Source: Felis catus (Eukaryota). Taken from it: a stretch of DNA of 64,000 bases. The stretch covers positions 97,404,001 through 97,468,000 of the forward strand of contig NC_058368.1 in NCBI RefSeq assembly GCF_018350175.1, read 5' to 3'. The position numbers were made by a program, and so were the translations under genes. Below the pieces are notes generated by a model, which saw nothing but the letters and a program-made list of their open reading frames with translations, did not search any database and was not told the origin of the DNA. The stretch's first letter is position 1. Each line of letters begins with the position of its first letter. Shown piece by piece: positions 50,091-63,477 of the stretch.

Positions 50091-50682
50091 ACAGCAGACT
50101 TTTTAAGGAGAGACATTTACAGATTCTTGAAAATGATTGAGAAACGGAACATAATGCAAATAAGGTTTGAGTCTTTAATGCATTCTATATTTAGTTATGC
50201 AGATAAACTGAAAAATAAGTTCTGTAGTCAAGAATACTAGAAAATCTTAATTATAAGCACCAAGCATAGTAGTCGACTAGTGAAGACTGCAGATGATTAT
50301 AATCTTTTTTTTCTCATATAGTAGTTTATTGCCATGCATTAGTTATAACTCTAAGAGAAGAAAGTGGGGACTGAAAGATATTCCAGATAAGATCAGTCAT
50401 TTTCAATTGATTCGAAGTTTACCAAAACTAGAGAGAGAAAGCTTTTGTATGTTCTACTGTCACTAAAGGAAAGTCAAATGACAGGCAATAATAGTGTAAT
50501 ACAGGAGCAGCAAAAGGACAAGGGTAATTCAGAACTGGGTTAATCTTTGAATGATCAAGGGTTAATTGTATTAAAAATTGGCATTTTCCTATCTAGAGTT
50601 CTAAGTGTTTATTTCTGGGATAACTATGCATTTCTCAACTCTGCAGATGTTTAATACTTACATTAAACAGTAATTTTGTAAC

Positions 50683-52076
50683 CAACTCAAAATGGATAAA
50701 AGATCTGATTGTGAGACAGGAAACCATCAAAACCCTAGAGGAGAAAGCAGGAAAAAAACCTCTGACCTCAGCTGCAGCAATTTCTTACTTACACATCTCC
50801 AAAGGCAAGGGAATTAAAAGCAAAAATGAACTATTGGGACCTCGTGAAGATAAAAATCTTCTGCACTGCAAAGGAAACAATCAACAAAACTAAAAGGCAA
50901 CCAACGGATTGGGAAAAAATATTTGCAAATGATATATTGGACAAAGGGCTAGTATCCAAAATCTATAAAGAACTTACCAAACTCCACACCTGAAAAACAA
51001 ATAATCCAGTGAAGAAATGAACAGAAGACATGAATAGACATTTCTCTAAAGAAGACATCCGGATGGCCAACAGGCACATGAAAACATGCTCCACGTCACT
51101 CCTCATCAGGGAAATACAAATCAAAACCACCCAGACATCACCCCACGCCAGTCAAAGCGGCTAAAATGAACAAATCAGGAGACTATATAGATGCTGGCGA
51201 GCATGTGGAGAAATGGGAACCCTCTTGCACTGTTGGTGGGAATGCAGACTGGTGCAGCCCCTCTGGAAAACAGTGTGGAGGTTCCTCAAAAAAAAAATAG
51301 ATCTTCCCTGTGACCCAGCAATAGCACTACTAGGGATTTACCCAAGGGATACAGGAGTGCTGATGCATAGGGGCACTTGTACCCCAATGTTGACAGCAGC
51401 ACTTTCAACAATAGCCAAATTATGGAAAGAGCATAAATGTCCATCAACTGATGGGGGCGCCTGGGTGGCTTAGTCGGTTGAGCATCCGGCTTCGACTCAG
51501 GTCATAATCTCGCGGTTTGTGAGTTTGAGCCCCGCATCGGGCTCTGTGCTGACAGCTCAGAGCCTGGATCCTGCTTCGGATTCTGTGTGTGTCTCTCTCT
51601 GCCGCTACCCACTCACACTCTGTCTCTCTCTCCATCAAAAATAAATAAACATTAAAAAATTACAAAAAAATGTTCGTCAACTGATGAATGGTTACAGAAA
51701 TTGTGGTTTATATACGCAATGGAGTACTACGTGGCAATGAGAAAGAGTGAAATATGGCCCTTTGTAGCAACATGGATGGAACTGGAGAATGTTATGCTAA
51801 GTGAAATAAGTCATACAGAGAAAGACAGACACCATATATTTTCACTCTTAATGTGGATCCTGAGAAACTTAACAGAAGACCATGGGGGAGGGGAAGGGGA
51901 AAAAAATAAAGGAAGGGAGCCAAAGCATAGGAGACTCTTAAAAACTGAGAACAAACTGAGGGTTGATGGGGGTGGGAGGGAGGGGAGGGTGGGTGATGGG
52001 TATTGAGGAGGGCACCTTTTGGGATGAGCACTGGGTGTTGTATGGAAACCAATTTGACAATAAACTTCATATATTG
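50683..52076 (+). mobile_element. Feline LINE-1, 5'-truncated, sense to DMXL1, with SINE at 51453-51667
   Basis: ORF2 C-terminal [22 protein letters not shown] motif; G-rich 3' UTR; AATAAA at 52059. Confidence 0.93.
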
Positions 52077-52109
52077 AAGAAAGAAAGAAAAGAAAAGAAA
52101 AGAAAAGAA

Positions 52110-52176
<67 letters not shown>

Positions 52177-52224
52177 GAAGGAAGGAAGGAGGGAGGGAGG
52201 GAAGGAAGGAAGGAAGGAAGGAAA
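52077..52224. repeat. Compound (GAAAA)n(GAAA)n(GGAA)n microsatellite at L1 tail
   Basis: Tandem purine repeats directly after L1 3' end. Confidence 0.95.
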
Positions 52225-53751
52225 CATACATGTTCATTCCAGTTAATGGAAACTAAAAAAATTTTGTTAACAAGTAGGGAAATCTAAATTGTAAACATTC
52301 AGAATTTGACACAATGTTTTGGGATACAGTGACAATCAGTACTTTATCAAAATTTAATAATGAGGGGAAAATCAGTTTCTAAAATATTAAGATATTTAGT
52401 GTGTTACAAATGAAATTTTTTCTTAAATTAGTTTTTGGAAATTTTTCTTGCTAATAGTCTTGTGACAAGTCTTGTGTTCCGATAGTGGATGTTTATATCG
52501 TTTTATAGACCATCATGAGATTTTTTTTGTTTGTTCACTGAGCCAAGATTTTCCCCTGTGTGATACTAGTGGAACCATACTTGATTGTCACTAATTTCTT
52601 CTAGGAAAATTCGGGCAAGCACAATAACTAGGGAAGTCCTAATGGTGCCAGGGAAATAGCGCTAGGTCAAGAATCAAAAGCGATCAGGATTCTGAAGCCA
52701 TTCTGCACTTAGAAGTTATGTCAGCCTATTAAGGCCTCATTTTCTTATCTGTAATGTGAGCATATTTATTTGTATGTTCTCTCAAATTTCTTTTCAAATA
52801 CTTTTTGCTGGCAGGTACAGAAACATTGTGGCTTTGATAGGAATTAAGGTCATGTGTATATTAAGTATAATATTTTTTACATTAAGTAAGGTAAATGTGC
52901 TGGTGCAAAAGTGATGAGAAAGTAAATAATTGCCAATACTGTGAACTTATTTTTGGATGGGAAACAGTTTGTGATAAATGTTTTATTGTTAGTGTTATAC
53001 TTCATGCTGGCTTATATAGGTAAATTCTAGGAAGACAGCCACATACTTTGTAACAGGAGAAACTCCTGTGATTTAAGAAGTTAAAGAAAGGATGCAAAAT
53101 CAGTTCTGGTTGGAAGAGTTGTGCTAATTGTAAAAATCGAAAAGAGTTATAAAATGCTTGCCAGCAAGCCTTGAACGATACCTTTTTATTTGTTTGGCTG
53201 TGGTGGCTGTTTTTTGACGTTAGATACTTCATTTATTCCATAGGTGTTTATAAAGAAATCCTGTTAGTTAGAATTGGAGGATAGAGCAGAGAATAAGATA
53301 TGCTTGTATGCTCTCTTTTTGTCTTGAAACTTAACTTGCAGCAATTGAAGTGGATAATAAGCAAGATGCTTAAAAATTATGATAGGTGCTATGAAGAAGA
53401 ATAAATAGTGGTGGGACGGAAAGTAATCAGAGACAGAGGGAACTGAGACCCGAATATTGAAAAAAAGCTAGCTAGACAAAGATCAGGCAGGAGAGAGGTG
53501 GATAAAACACACTGAGGTGGAAAAAGATTGGTATGCCCCTGGAACAGAAGGAAGGGCAATGTAGGGACGGGAGCCAAAAGAGGGAAGGAAACAGTAGCTT
53601 GAGATAGGTTTGGAGAGTTAGGATAATAATTTAGGGCATTGAACCATGGTAAGGAGTTGATTTATTCCATGTCCAATGGATAAACTATTGAAAGGGTGTT
53701 TAAGCAGGGCAAATTACTTGCTTTAATAAACATTTTTAAGAGATGACTCTT

Positions 53752-53858
53752 AGGGGAGCTCAGTTCACTCACTTGATAGAACATGCAACTGTTGATCTTG
53801 GAGTCATGAGTTTGAACCCCACGTTGGGTCTAGAGCCTACTTAAAAAAAAAAAAAAAA
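53752..53858 (+). mobile_element. Short Can-SINE
   Basis: Head + polyA; TSD AGATGACT. Confidence 0.75.
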
Positions 53859-53929
53859 GATGACTGTGTGTGGAAAGGAATTAGAGGGAAGCAAGAATGG
53901 AAACAGTCTGACTATTAATAGTAGTATGG

Positions 53930-54160
53930 GGGGGGGGGTTCCTGAGTGGCTCAGTCATTTGAGCATCTGACTCTTGATTTCTGCTCAGGTCATGATCTCA
54001 CGGTTCATGGGTTCGAATCCTGGGTGGGGTTCTGTGCTTACAACACAGATCCTATTTGAGATTCTCTGTCTCCTTCTCTGTCTCATGAGAGATTCTCTGT
54101 CTCCCTCTCTCACTCATGCATGAGTGTGCCCACTCTCAAATTAAATAAACTTAAAAAAAA
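53930..54160 (+). mobile_element. Can-SINE
   Basis: Head, body with internal duplication GAGATTCTCTGTCTCC, tail; TSD AATAGTAGT. Confidence 0.86.
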
Positions 54161-54451
54161 ATAGTAGTGCAAGAGGTAGATGATGATAGTTTAGACCAGA
54201 GCAGTACCATTCATTAGTGATGAAGGAAGTGAACATTTTGCAGACAGGACTGGCTGAATTTGCTGATGGGACTGAATATCAGAGGTAAAAGAAATATTCT
54301 TGAATTATACAGATTAAAAAAAAAAAAAGGATGTTTAAAATCACTCTGTTAAAACATAATATTAATGCCAGTATTGTACGTGATATATACTTTCTTCACA
54401 AGTTTATTCTTTTTATATTCTTTCTTTCTCTCTTTCTTTTTTTTTTTTTAG

Positions 54452-54577
54452 GCTTATGCATCTGGATGTGACATTGTTATACTGGGAAGTGATTTTGAAA
54501 GGTTGCAAATAATCCCAGGAGCTAAACATGGAAATATTCAAGTAGGATGTGTAGACTGCTCAATGCAACAAGGCAAG
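54452..54577 (+). CDS. DMXL1: DMXL1 coding exon 2 (AYASGCDIVILGSDFERLQIIPGAKHGNIQVGCVDCSMQQGK)
   Basis: Long polypyrimidine tract + TAG acceptor, 126-nt open frame continuing exon 1, AAG|GTTTGT donor. Confidence 0.96.
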
Positions 54578-56671
54578 GTTTGTAATCTTATAATGTGAGA
54601 TTTGTTTTGAATATGGTTTTTGTCAAGATAATCTCCAAAGTATGTATTTCCTATTGAATGTGAAGCTTGCTTTGTTTCAGGGACAATGTAGCTACAATTT
54701 TCTTTGACTCTCTAAGATGCATAGTAGAGAACAAAATTCTTGTTTCTCTCTGATGTGTCTTGGAGATTGTCAAGAATTCTGTTCTTACATAATTTCAAGT
54801 TATAGCATAATCTTTTCTGTGAACATTACCCATAGAACAGTTCTAAAGGTTACTTATTTAAAAATTGATTGGATTAAGGTAAAGGAATGACAATAAACCT
54901 TCAGTCTGTTTACACATAAACTACTGAGGAGAAATCATATGTTAGAGTCATTCTTCATTGTGCAGGTATCTCCTTGTAACTTCTGGATAAACTTTATACT
55001 AAAATGGAGATCAACTCTTCTAAAGTCCATAGTTTTTCATCAATTTATTCCAAGTCTGTAAGAAAAATGAAAAATTTTGTTTGGGCTTCTATTTGCATGT
55101 GAAAAGTAAAAAGTGACCTTGAAACAAGAAGAAGAAGAACAACAAAAGAAACAGGTTATGATTCTGTATCAGGTGAAATATGGTTCTACATAGTAGCAGA
55201 ATTGGTAGAGTCCTAGCTAGTAGGCAGTAGTGTATAGCTTAATATAGCACCATGTAGGCATAGGTGGCCAAGCCTAGGTATACTTGTAACTAGACTGGGC
55301 TAAACTGTGCAAATTTATTTAATTTTTTTGCTAGATATTTAAAATGTTTATTTGCCTATATGATTCCACCAGAACATTTTGCGTGAGGAATCAAATGGAC
55401 CCAATCTTTTTTTTTTGTTTTTTAATGTAAGCATTTCTGATGAACCTGCCTGTCTGAAAAGTTACCTCTTAGGACATAGTTTAGAGTTACTTATGGTAGA
55501 ATAAGTTTTGGCTCTTGAAATCTTTACCTGTTTCTTTGACTGGTCTTCTTTGTTATTCCTAGGTCCCTTACCTTTGTAGTTACAAGTGTTTCTCACCTAT
55601 CTTTCTTTTGTTCACAACTTTCATTCTTACTACATTACGAAAATGATCTTTATTATGGAATGTTGAAAATCCTTGAGACTTCCCCCCCTTCATGTTTGTT
55701 TGATCTCCAGCTTTGTAGTTCTATAATCTTCATTATTGTGTAAAAACTTGATTAAACCATCTGGACTCAGACCTAGTTAATGTTGGAAATCTCATTTTAA
55801 TAACTTCACATATGATTTATATTTTCATGAGATCCTATATTACATGACAGTCCAGGTTAAACTGGTTATTTGGTTTTATAGTCATTTTCATAAAGGGTAA
55901 ATTTCCTTTGTGTCACAGATCTTAGTACAATTAAAAGACTCCTTATGATATCAGGAAGAAAATTTGCAGGTTATGAAACTTGGAGATTTCTGTTTGCCTT
56001 TAAGAAGGAAATGCTGCTTAATACTGTAGACATCTAGTATTTTAGCATTACTGTTTTGTTTTCCTCTGTAGTACTAGCAGATTAATTTTCATGAGAATAT
56101 TCATCTGCATTTATCTGACTCATTTGCTTAGAACATTCTTAGCTTCCCAGTACCTTGGGAAAGTTTAAATCGTTCACCTTGGCCTGAGGCCCTGTACAAC
56201 CTGGATTGGATGTACCTTTTTGGATGTGTGTCCTTTATTCTGTTATAAGGGACACTCTGTTCCATCTGGGCTAGTAGTCATCTCCAAGCATACATTGTCT
56301 CTTCTAATGTTTATACTTGTGTTCATATTTGTGTTATACCCTGCTTCTACACTGAATATTCCTTTCTCTTTGAAACCCTACCCATACTTAAAAGCTCAAA
56401 CTAAATACTTCCTTGCAGACTGACTGATTGCAGATGATTTCTGTATCCTGTGAACCTTGCAGAACACTTAAAAAGAGCCAATGAAAGTCTTTTTCCATTG
56501 GATATTACATCCTCATTACTTACTCCCCTCTTCTTTAGATTGATTATATGTTCTTATTTTTGTCTCTCATTCATTCTTTGTATCTATCAATCTCATTTCT
56601 GATACTTCAGTGTTCTTCATTTGTGGCTCACTCAAGCTATAACAGTAGCCACCTTATAAAATAGAGCCATT

Positions 56672-56885
56672 GGGGCGCCTGGGTGGCGCAGTCGGTTAAG
56701 CGTCCGACTTCAGCCAGGTCACTATGTCGCGGTCCGTGAGTTCAAGCCCCGTGTCAGGCTCTGGGCTGATGGCTCGGAGCCTGGAGCCTGTTTCTGTTTC
56801 TGTGTCTCCTTCTCTCTCTGCCCCTCCCCCGTTCATGCTCTGTCTCTCTCTGTCCCAAAAATAAATAAACGTTGAAAAAAAAATA
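56672..56885 (+). mobile_element. Young feline Can-SINE (intron 2)
   Basis: TSD AAAATAGAGCCATTG. Confidence 0.94.
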
Positions 56886-57488
56886 AAATAGAGCCATTGA
56901 CTAAAAGAGTAAATTATAAAGATACCAAATAAAATAGAGTATTGAAAAAATGCATTTCTTGGAGAGTTCACAAAGGAATAGATCTAAGTTTTATTTTTAA
57001 AAGGCTACATGCACATACAGTGACAGAATTTTGAACTTTAAAGAGATAACCTAGAAATTGAGTTTTAAGTCTGATTTCCACTTGACAAGGAATACATGAG
57101 TACATTTTTTTTTTCTATGAGGAAGGGAATTAATATTTACCATGCATCTTATAGGATAATTATATGCTAGATATTTTATAGCCGTTGTTTTAATCCTCCA
57201 ACTAATTCCATTAGGAAGATAGTATTATGCATATTATAAATATAGATAAATAGATAGAGATACTAAGATGCAAAGAGATTAACTTGCTAGTTACCCAGTT
57301 GGTAAGTGACAGTACTAGAATTCTGATTTGGGTATGGTGGTCTCTTAAAACTGACATTTCAAGTATTGATGAATGAAATTGTGTTGGTGGGGGGCTTATT
57401 TTAAGTTATATTATTAATTTGTTTTGCTCTTTTGATTCATAAGTAAGTTAACATATCCATAAGTTTTCTTTATTTTTCTTTTTAAAAG

Positions 57489-57560
57489 ATTGCAGCATCC
57501 TATGGAAATGTTATCTCTGTGTTTGAACCAGTTAACCTACCGAAGCAAAAGAAAAATTTG
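57489..57560 (+). CDS. DMXL1: DMXL1 coding exon 3 (IAASYGNVISVFEPVNLPKQKKNL)
   Basis: Pyrimidine tract + AAAG acceptor, 72 nt in frame, TTG|GTCAGT donor; peptide continues DMXL1. Confidence 0.94.
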
Positions 57561-59474
57561 GTCAGTAATTTATCATTTTTCTTTTAGGAATTGAAATGTC
57601 TTGAGTATTCAAAGACTGTTTTTTAAGGGTGTAGAATCAGAGTGATCATCAAATAAATCAGTATAAATTATACCATAATTGTAGATACATGTTAAATGCC
57701 ACTTCCATATTTAAAATATGTTTTAAATCTTGGATTGAAGTAGAATTAAACTAAATGGTGTTGATGAAGTGCCTGAAAATACTTTTTTTCTTCTGATGTT
57801 TTTCTTTTATAATAAATATTTCAAGAGTCAACAACTTCAAGTTTGGCACTTCATTTATCGCTAGTGGCAAACACCATTATGTAGGTGGGGTGACTGTTTT
57901 GTTTTTGGTTTTTATTATCTACCTTTATATAGTTTCTCTGCTGTTTCTTGTGTATTTTGTTCTTAAAGTTACATGTTTTAATTGCAGAGTCTTAACATAT
58001 CTCCAGGGCTTATTTTTTTGCACTTACTATGTTCGTGTAATGTAACTGTTAACAGGTCAGTAAATGTTTTTCTTTATAGAGAAACTGTATTCAGAAATAG
58101 TTCTGAAAGCTGGTTAAAACAATATTTCATAAGTACAAAGGTTATGTAGTAAATTTCTTGGGTGCTTGAATGCCCTAGATACAATAGACCACCTTATTTT
58201 ACCCATTTCCACTGAAGATTAAACTGGTGATTTAAGTCCTATGAAAGAGGATCACCAAAGTATGGTCTTAAGAGCACTGCTTGCGTGCTTTCTCTGCTGC
58301 TTTCTAGCCATTTGATCCTAAGCAAGTCAGTCTTACGAGGCTCTTTGATCAATTCTGAAATTGGCTAATAGCGATTCATTCTTTGTGGGAATATTGTAAT
58401 GATGACATGTCAGAAACTGTGCAGAAGTATGTTAAATGTAAAGAATTGAGGTGTTTTAATAATAGACATACCTTTATATATCTTTGAGTATTTTTCATTT
58501 CATTTTCACTTAGCTCCTTAGTATCTTACAAATTCCCTCTGACTTAGTATGACAGCTGTTATTTCTTTTTTATAAGTAAGACAACAGAGGCCCAAAGAAA
58601 ATAAGTTAGTTAACCAGTGAAACAGCTGCTGAGCCACAGAACTAAGTAAAACTAGCTGTATTGATTCCTACGTGTGGACTTTCTTTTCTGTACCTTGTGT
58701 TAATGAAAAATATTTTCTTTAGGTTAACTGATACTCACTTTAAAACTTCCCGGGAGGAGAATCCACAGTTCTCCCCTGATTTATATTTGTGTTGTGTTAC
58801 CAAATGAATCCAATATTAGAAGCCCTAATAACCTGTGAATTAGTAATTGAAAGTAGTAAAAATAAAAGGGATTGCTCTGCTCGGGATGATATATTTCAAG
58901 TAATGTTCCATAAATATTTATTGAATGAAATAACTGACTTTGAAAAAATCAGTTATGTTAAAATACCTTTATCAGTAAGGGTAGAATCAGGAATTTTAGT
59001 TTTTGCCCATTTTCTCATGTACTGGTTATAATTGTTTAATATATTGTTAAAAAGTCAGTAAGAAGAAGTTAGTTTATTGGTAGGCAACCCTGACTGCAGA
59101 AAGGGTAAAAAACAACAACAACAACAAAAACAAACAAACAAAAAACCTTGATGTGTAAGGGAAAAACTGGATCAAATAGAAAAATGGACTTTGGAAGGTA
59201 CATAGAATCTGTAATTCCTGGGTATAGTCTAAGAGAATCTGTAGATCCTCATAAAAAAGATACTATTTCCTTTTCTTTGTGCATTCTGGAATATTCTTTT
59301 AAGGTGGTGGTTCTTCATGGGAAGACAACTTCAGAATCACTAGCTGGTCCATGTATCCATCCTGCCCTCGGGATTTCTAAATCTGTAGGTGTGGCGTTGT
59401 GCCTAGGCACTTCTGTGTCTGGTTCTAGAGAGGGTTCTGACGTGCACTATGATCAAAAGCCATTCCTGCAAGGC

Positions 59475-59651
59475 AGTGTTTCATAAAAGCATATTCTGCA
59501 GACCACCTGTATCAGAATCACCTGCGGCATTGATTTAAAGTACAGATTCCTCATTTTGGATTTTTTGAGCCCAAACCTTTGGATGTGCATCTCAGAAATC
59601 TGAATTTTAAGTAAACATCTCAGGTTATTGTACTAAAGTATGAAAACCACT
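59475..59651 (+). mobile_element. MER5-like hAT-Charlie MITE
   Basis: CAGTG..ATCAGAATCACCTG..CAGATTCC..AATCTGAATTTTAA..AAACCACT. Confidence 0.65.
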
Positions 59652-60397
59652 ACATTAAAAGATTATTTGTGGGTCTCAATCTTTTTGAGGTTAGTGAAAT
59701 CAACTTAGTAGGCCATAGCCTGAATTTAAAAGAAAATGAGGTAAAATAGAAGATGTTACCGTGCATCACATGTAGTAAGGGGGTAAACTTAGATTGCATT
59801 TATGTCTGTTTGTGTTTTGGGCCCTATTGCAACATACATTTCTTAGTGACCTACAGGTAAAAAAGTTTGAAAAGTATTGCTTTCAGAAATGATAATGTCA
59901 TAAATTATGTAATATAATGGAAGTGTTTCATTTCTTACTCTGAATTTTCATACATACCTTATGATCTCAGGTGAGGATGAAACATTAAAAGAGAAGGAAG
60001 CCTCAGATAGCACAGACACAGACAAATTTAAAGTTAAACCTTTGTAACTATTATAATAATACGATAAACATTGTAATTTTAGAAGTCTGAAGTTAAAGAG
60101 AATGTTCTCCAGTGTGGCATATAGTTACTGGTTGTTTATGCTGAAGACAAACTTTTTTGGACCTCCATGAATGGGTATTCATTCTCTCACTCTTCTCTTC
60201 CATTGCATATTTCTTATTCTTGACTGAATTGAACATTTTCTTCTCCTTCAAAATGACTGCATGGTCGATTGTACCTCAAAGAAAATGACTTCATGTGTTA
60301 CTATGAATAATAAGTGATAATAATAAATGAATGTATATATTTGACAGAAAAACGCTGCCCATAATAGTTGGCTAAATGACTTCTTTTTTAATTTTAG

Positions 60398-60476
60398 GAA
60401 TTATATAGTCAATGGCAGAAAAGTGGCCAATTTTTTCTGGAATCAATAGCACACAACATAACTTGGGATCCTGCAG
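60398..60476 (+). CDS. DMXL1: DMXL1 coding exon 4 (ELYSQWQKSGQFFLESIAHNITWDPA + first base of Gly); gene continues beyond window
   Basis: TTTTAG acceptor, 79 nt, CAG|GTAAGA donor (phase 1); includes WD-repeat-type ITWDP motif. Confidence 0.95.
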
Positions 60477-62322
60477 GTAAGAACACAAGCAGGATTAACT
60501 GAAATGAAATAACAGTATCACTTGTTTGGGCTGTTTCCTTTATTACTTTCATGTATTTCAGTTCTGCTCTGTGTGAGATTGTGTGGAGTAAAAAATAAGT
60601 AAAACATTGTGTTCTTTTAGAGCTTATACTGAAATAAACACAAATACTGTAATAGTGTCTACTTATGGTAGGAATACCTGTTGATTTGGGAAGGAGACAT
60701 TAATCCTGTCTGGAGAATCAAAGTTTGATTGAAGAGGAGCTTTTTGACCGGTCAGGAGGTAGATTTTTAGCTTTGAGAGTGGGGATAGATGAGAAGAGAC
60801 AAAAAGAAGGGAATTCTAAGAAGAGGTCATGTGTGTATGTATCCCTTACCTACTTCTGCATTTAAAAAAAAAAAAAAAAAAAAATCCCAAAGCAGTTTTT
60901 ATCAGTCCATTGCCCAGAAAAAGAAAGCATTAGATACATTCTGTTAATAGGACTTTGAAGCTGGAGTGAGTCTGGTGATAAGGAGATGAGATTGCAACAT
61001 ATTGTGGAAGGTCTTTAAAGTCATGCGAAGGTATTTGAATTTCTTTTTGACTGTCCAAAAAACTGTTACAGGTTTTTGAAGTGCCTCAAGACAAGCTAAG
61101 ATTTATGGTTTTACCAGATTTATCTGGTAGCAGTAAGTTAGAAGGGTCAGAGTCTGGAGGAAGAGGGGGATAAATATATTTATAGTTACCTTTGCAAAGT
61201 ATGGATTCACAGTAGTCTGAATGAGGAATAAGAATTTATTTCACTGTCTTTAATGTAATTGGTGCTTAATTAATGTTGAATGACTAATGCAAGGAATATA
61301 TAGATCTGAAATGCACTGGTGGTAGAATTGATATTACTTGGCAGTTGGATTTTAGATTCTTTTGAGAATATCTGTGCCCAGAAGACCAGTGATATGTAGG
61401 AGTTACAGATAGTGGAACATACATTTTGTTTGGACATGTGGAATTTGACATGCTTGCATATCACGTAGCAATATCCAAAAGATAGACGTTTCTAGAATAT
61501 AAGAAAGAAGTTCTTTTTGAAACAGAACTAAAAAATCATCAGTTTAGAGATAAGATAGTTTACATTTTAATATAGTAGTTGAAATGGCTGAGAAAAAATG
61601 TTTATTAGAAAACTTTGGAAATTAGGAGATAAGAGATTATCTTTGAGATACTTTTTTAAAATCATTGTTTTAAAATGTTTTTTCTTAGAAGGTTAGAGGA
61701 TTGATGCTTACTAGCTGGTAATCTATGTGTATATGTTATACATACAGTGGAGAGAGATCAGACCTGGGTTCAAATTTGACATTTCATTTAGTACAGCATT
61801 TGGCGTATAACTCGGTTGCTACTATAGTGAGACTTATGTCCCAGTTAATGCCTGTTGTTCTCATATGATAATAGTGTCACCTTCTACTCTAACAAAAGTT
61901 CCTATTTGAATGATACACTATATGGTTACTCTCTTATAGCCCTACAGTCTATTATAATTATTTGTTTACATGGTTTAAATTTTTGGTTAGATAGAGCTGA
62001 GACTATTTTATTTAGTATGTTTTTATCTTTAGGGGCCCATCATATATTAGGTTTTCAATAAATGTTCACATATTTGACTGTAAGTTTTGTTATCATGAAA
62101 AAAAGTACTTAACAGATGAAGAATGGTTAACTCACTTAGAAATTAAGGTAATAACCTATTTCACAAGGTAGTTTTTTAATGATAAGGTATAGCAGTGTAT
62201 CTGAAAGTACTTGGTGTATAAGAGCCCTCTAAAAATATTGTTAGCAGGTAAACTAGCTACTTGAGGTGTCAGACTACTAACTTCAACAAAAACATTTAAC
62301 AATTGAGTGATTTTTAAAAAAA

Positions 62323-62531
62323 AAATTTTTTAACGTTTTTATTTATTATTGACAGATAAAGAGCGTGAGCAGGGGAGGGGTGTAGAGAGAGGGGAGACAC
62401 AGAATCTGAGGTAGGCTCCAGGCTTTGAGCTGTCAGCACAGAGCTCAACGCGAGGCTTGAACTCACCAACTGTGAGATCATGACGTGAGCCAAAGTTGGT
62501 CACTTAACCAACTGAGCCACCCAGGTGCCCC
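62323..62531 (-). mobile_element. Can-SINE (intron 4)
   Basis: TSD TTGAGTGAT. Confidence 0.9.
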
Positions 62532-62679
62532 TTGAGTGATATTTCTTTAGTAATAACATTAATAGTTGCTTGGATATTCTGTACCATTGGTTTATCAATA
62601 CTAATGCTTCAGAGGATAGTATTAATATTAAATTGCTCTAAAATCAGCATTAGAGAGTAGTATTAAAAGATAATTACTT

Positions 62680-62789
62680 GGGGCACCTGGGTGGCTCAGT
62701 CGGTTCAACTCTTGATTTTGGCTCAGGTCATGATGGGGGCTGGGCAGTCATGAGATGGGGCTCCATGTTGAGTGTGGAGCCTGCTTAAG

Positions 62790-62829
<40 letters not shown>

Positions 62830-62922
62830 TCTCTCTTCCTCTCTTCCTCTCTTCCTCTCTTCCTCTTCCTGACCCTCTCGCCTGCTCTCTCTCTGTCTCT
62901 CTGAAAAATAAAGGAAAATAAA
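62680..62922 (+). mobile_element. Can-SINE with long (CT)n
   Basis: Head, CT tract, tail. Confidence 0.86.
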
Positions 62923-63477
62923 AGACAGTTACTTATTTTCCTAGCATACCTAATAGTGACTTGACAACAGCTCATGACCATTATCTCTTTAATTGTGATC
63001 AAATTATTTTTCTTTTTACAATTGAAAACTTTAAAATTTAATGGTTTGGTTGAGAAACGGGTTATTGTAATAAATAATTGGGAACAATTAGTTTATTTTT
63101 GCAAGTGAACTTTATTTATAAACAGATTGTAAATATTTTAAGTGAAATATTAGCATTTTTGTTCTGACCAGTATTTTCTTACTATTTGCTAGGTATTGGG
63201 ATATAAAGAAATTTTTTCAGATGCCATTACTAAACTGACTATAGTGCTTTTGTGTTTTCTCCAGATCCACTATTGCATCCAGCTTAAATCATGAGGTTTT
63301 CTGTTTAAGATTTTTTTTTTGCCTTTTTTCCTACTTTAATATTCATACCTCCACCCTTTGTGTTCAAAGCAATATACTGTATTATACATTAGCTATCTTT
63401 GTATCATTCCATAACTGGAATTAATTATTTTGTATTTTATATTAATTTCTTAATCCTTCATGGGATACCTTAATTTC

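Noticed and set aside
3390..56971. Recurrent ORFs such as MAQSVK..TSAQVMIS.. and MGQRETEHERGRG.. suggesting a gene family
   Set aside because: They are translations of Can-SINE bodies on either strand.
1620..62922. tRNA genes suggested by A-box/B-box motifs (TGGCTCAGTCGG, GTTCGAGCCC)
   Set aside because: All belong to tRNA-derived SINE heads followed by CT tracts and A tails, not standalone cloverleaf tRNAs.
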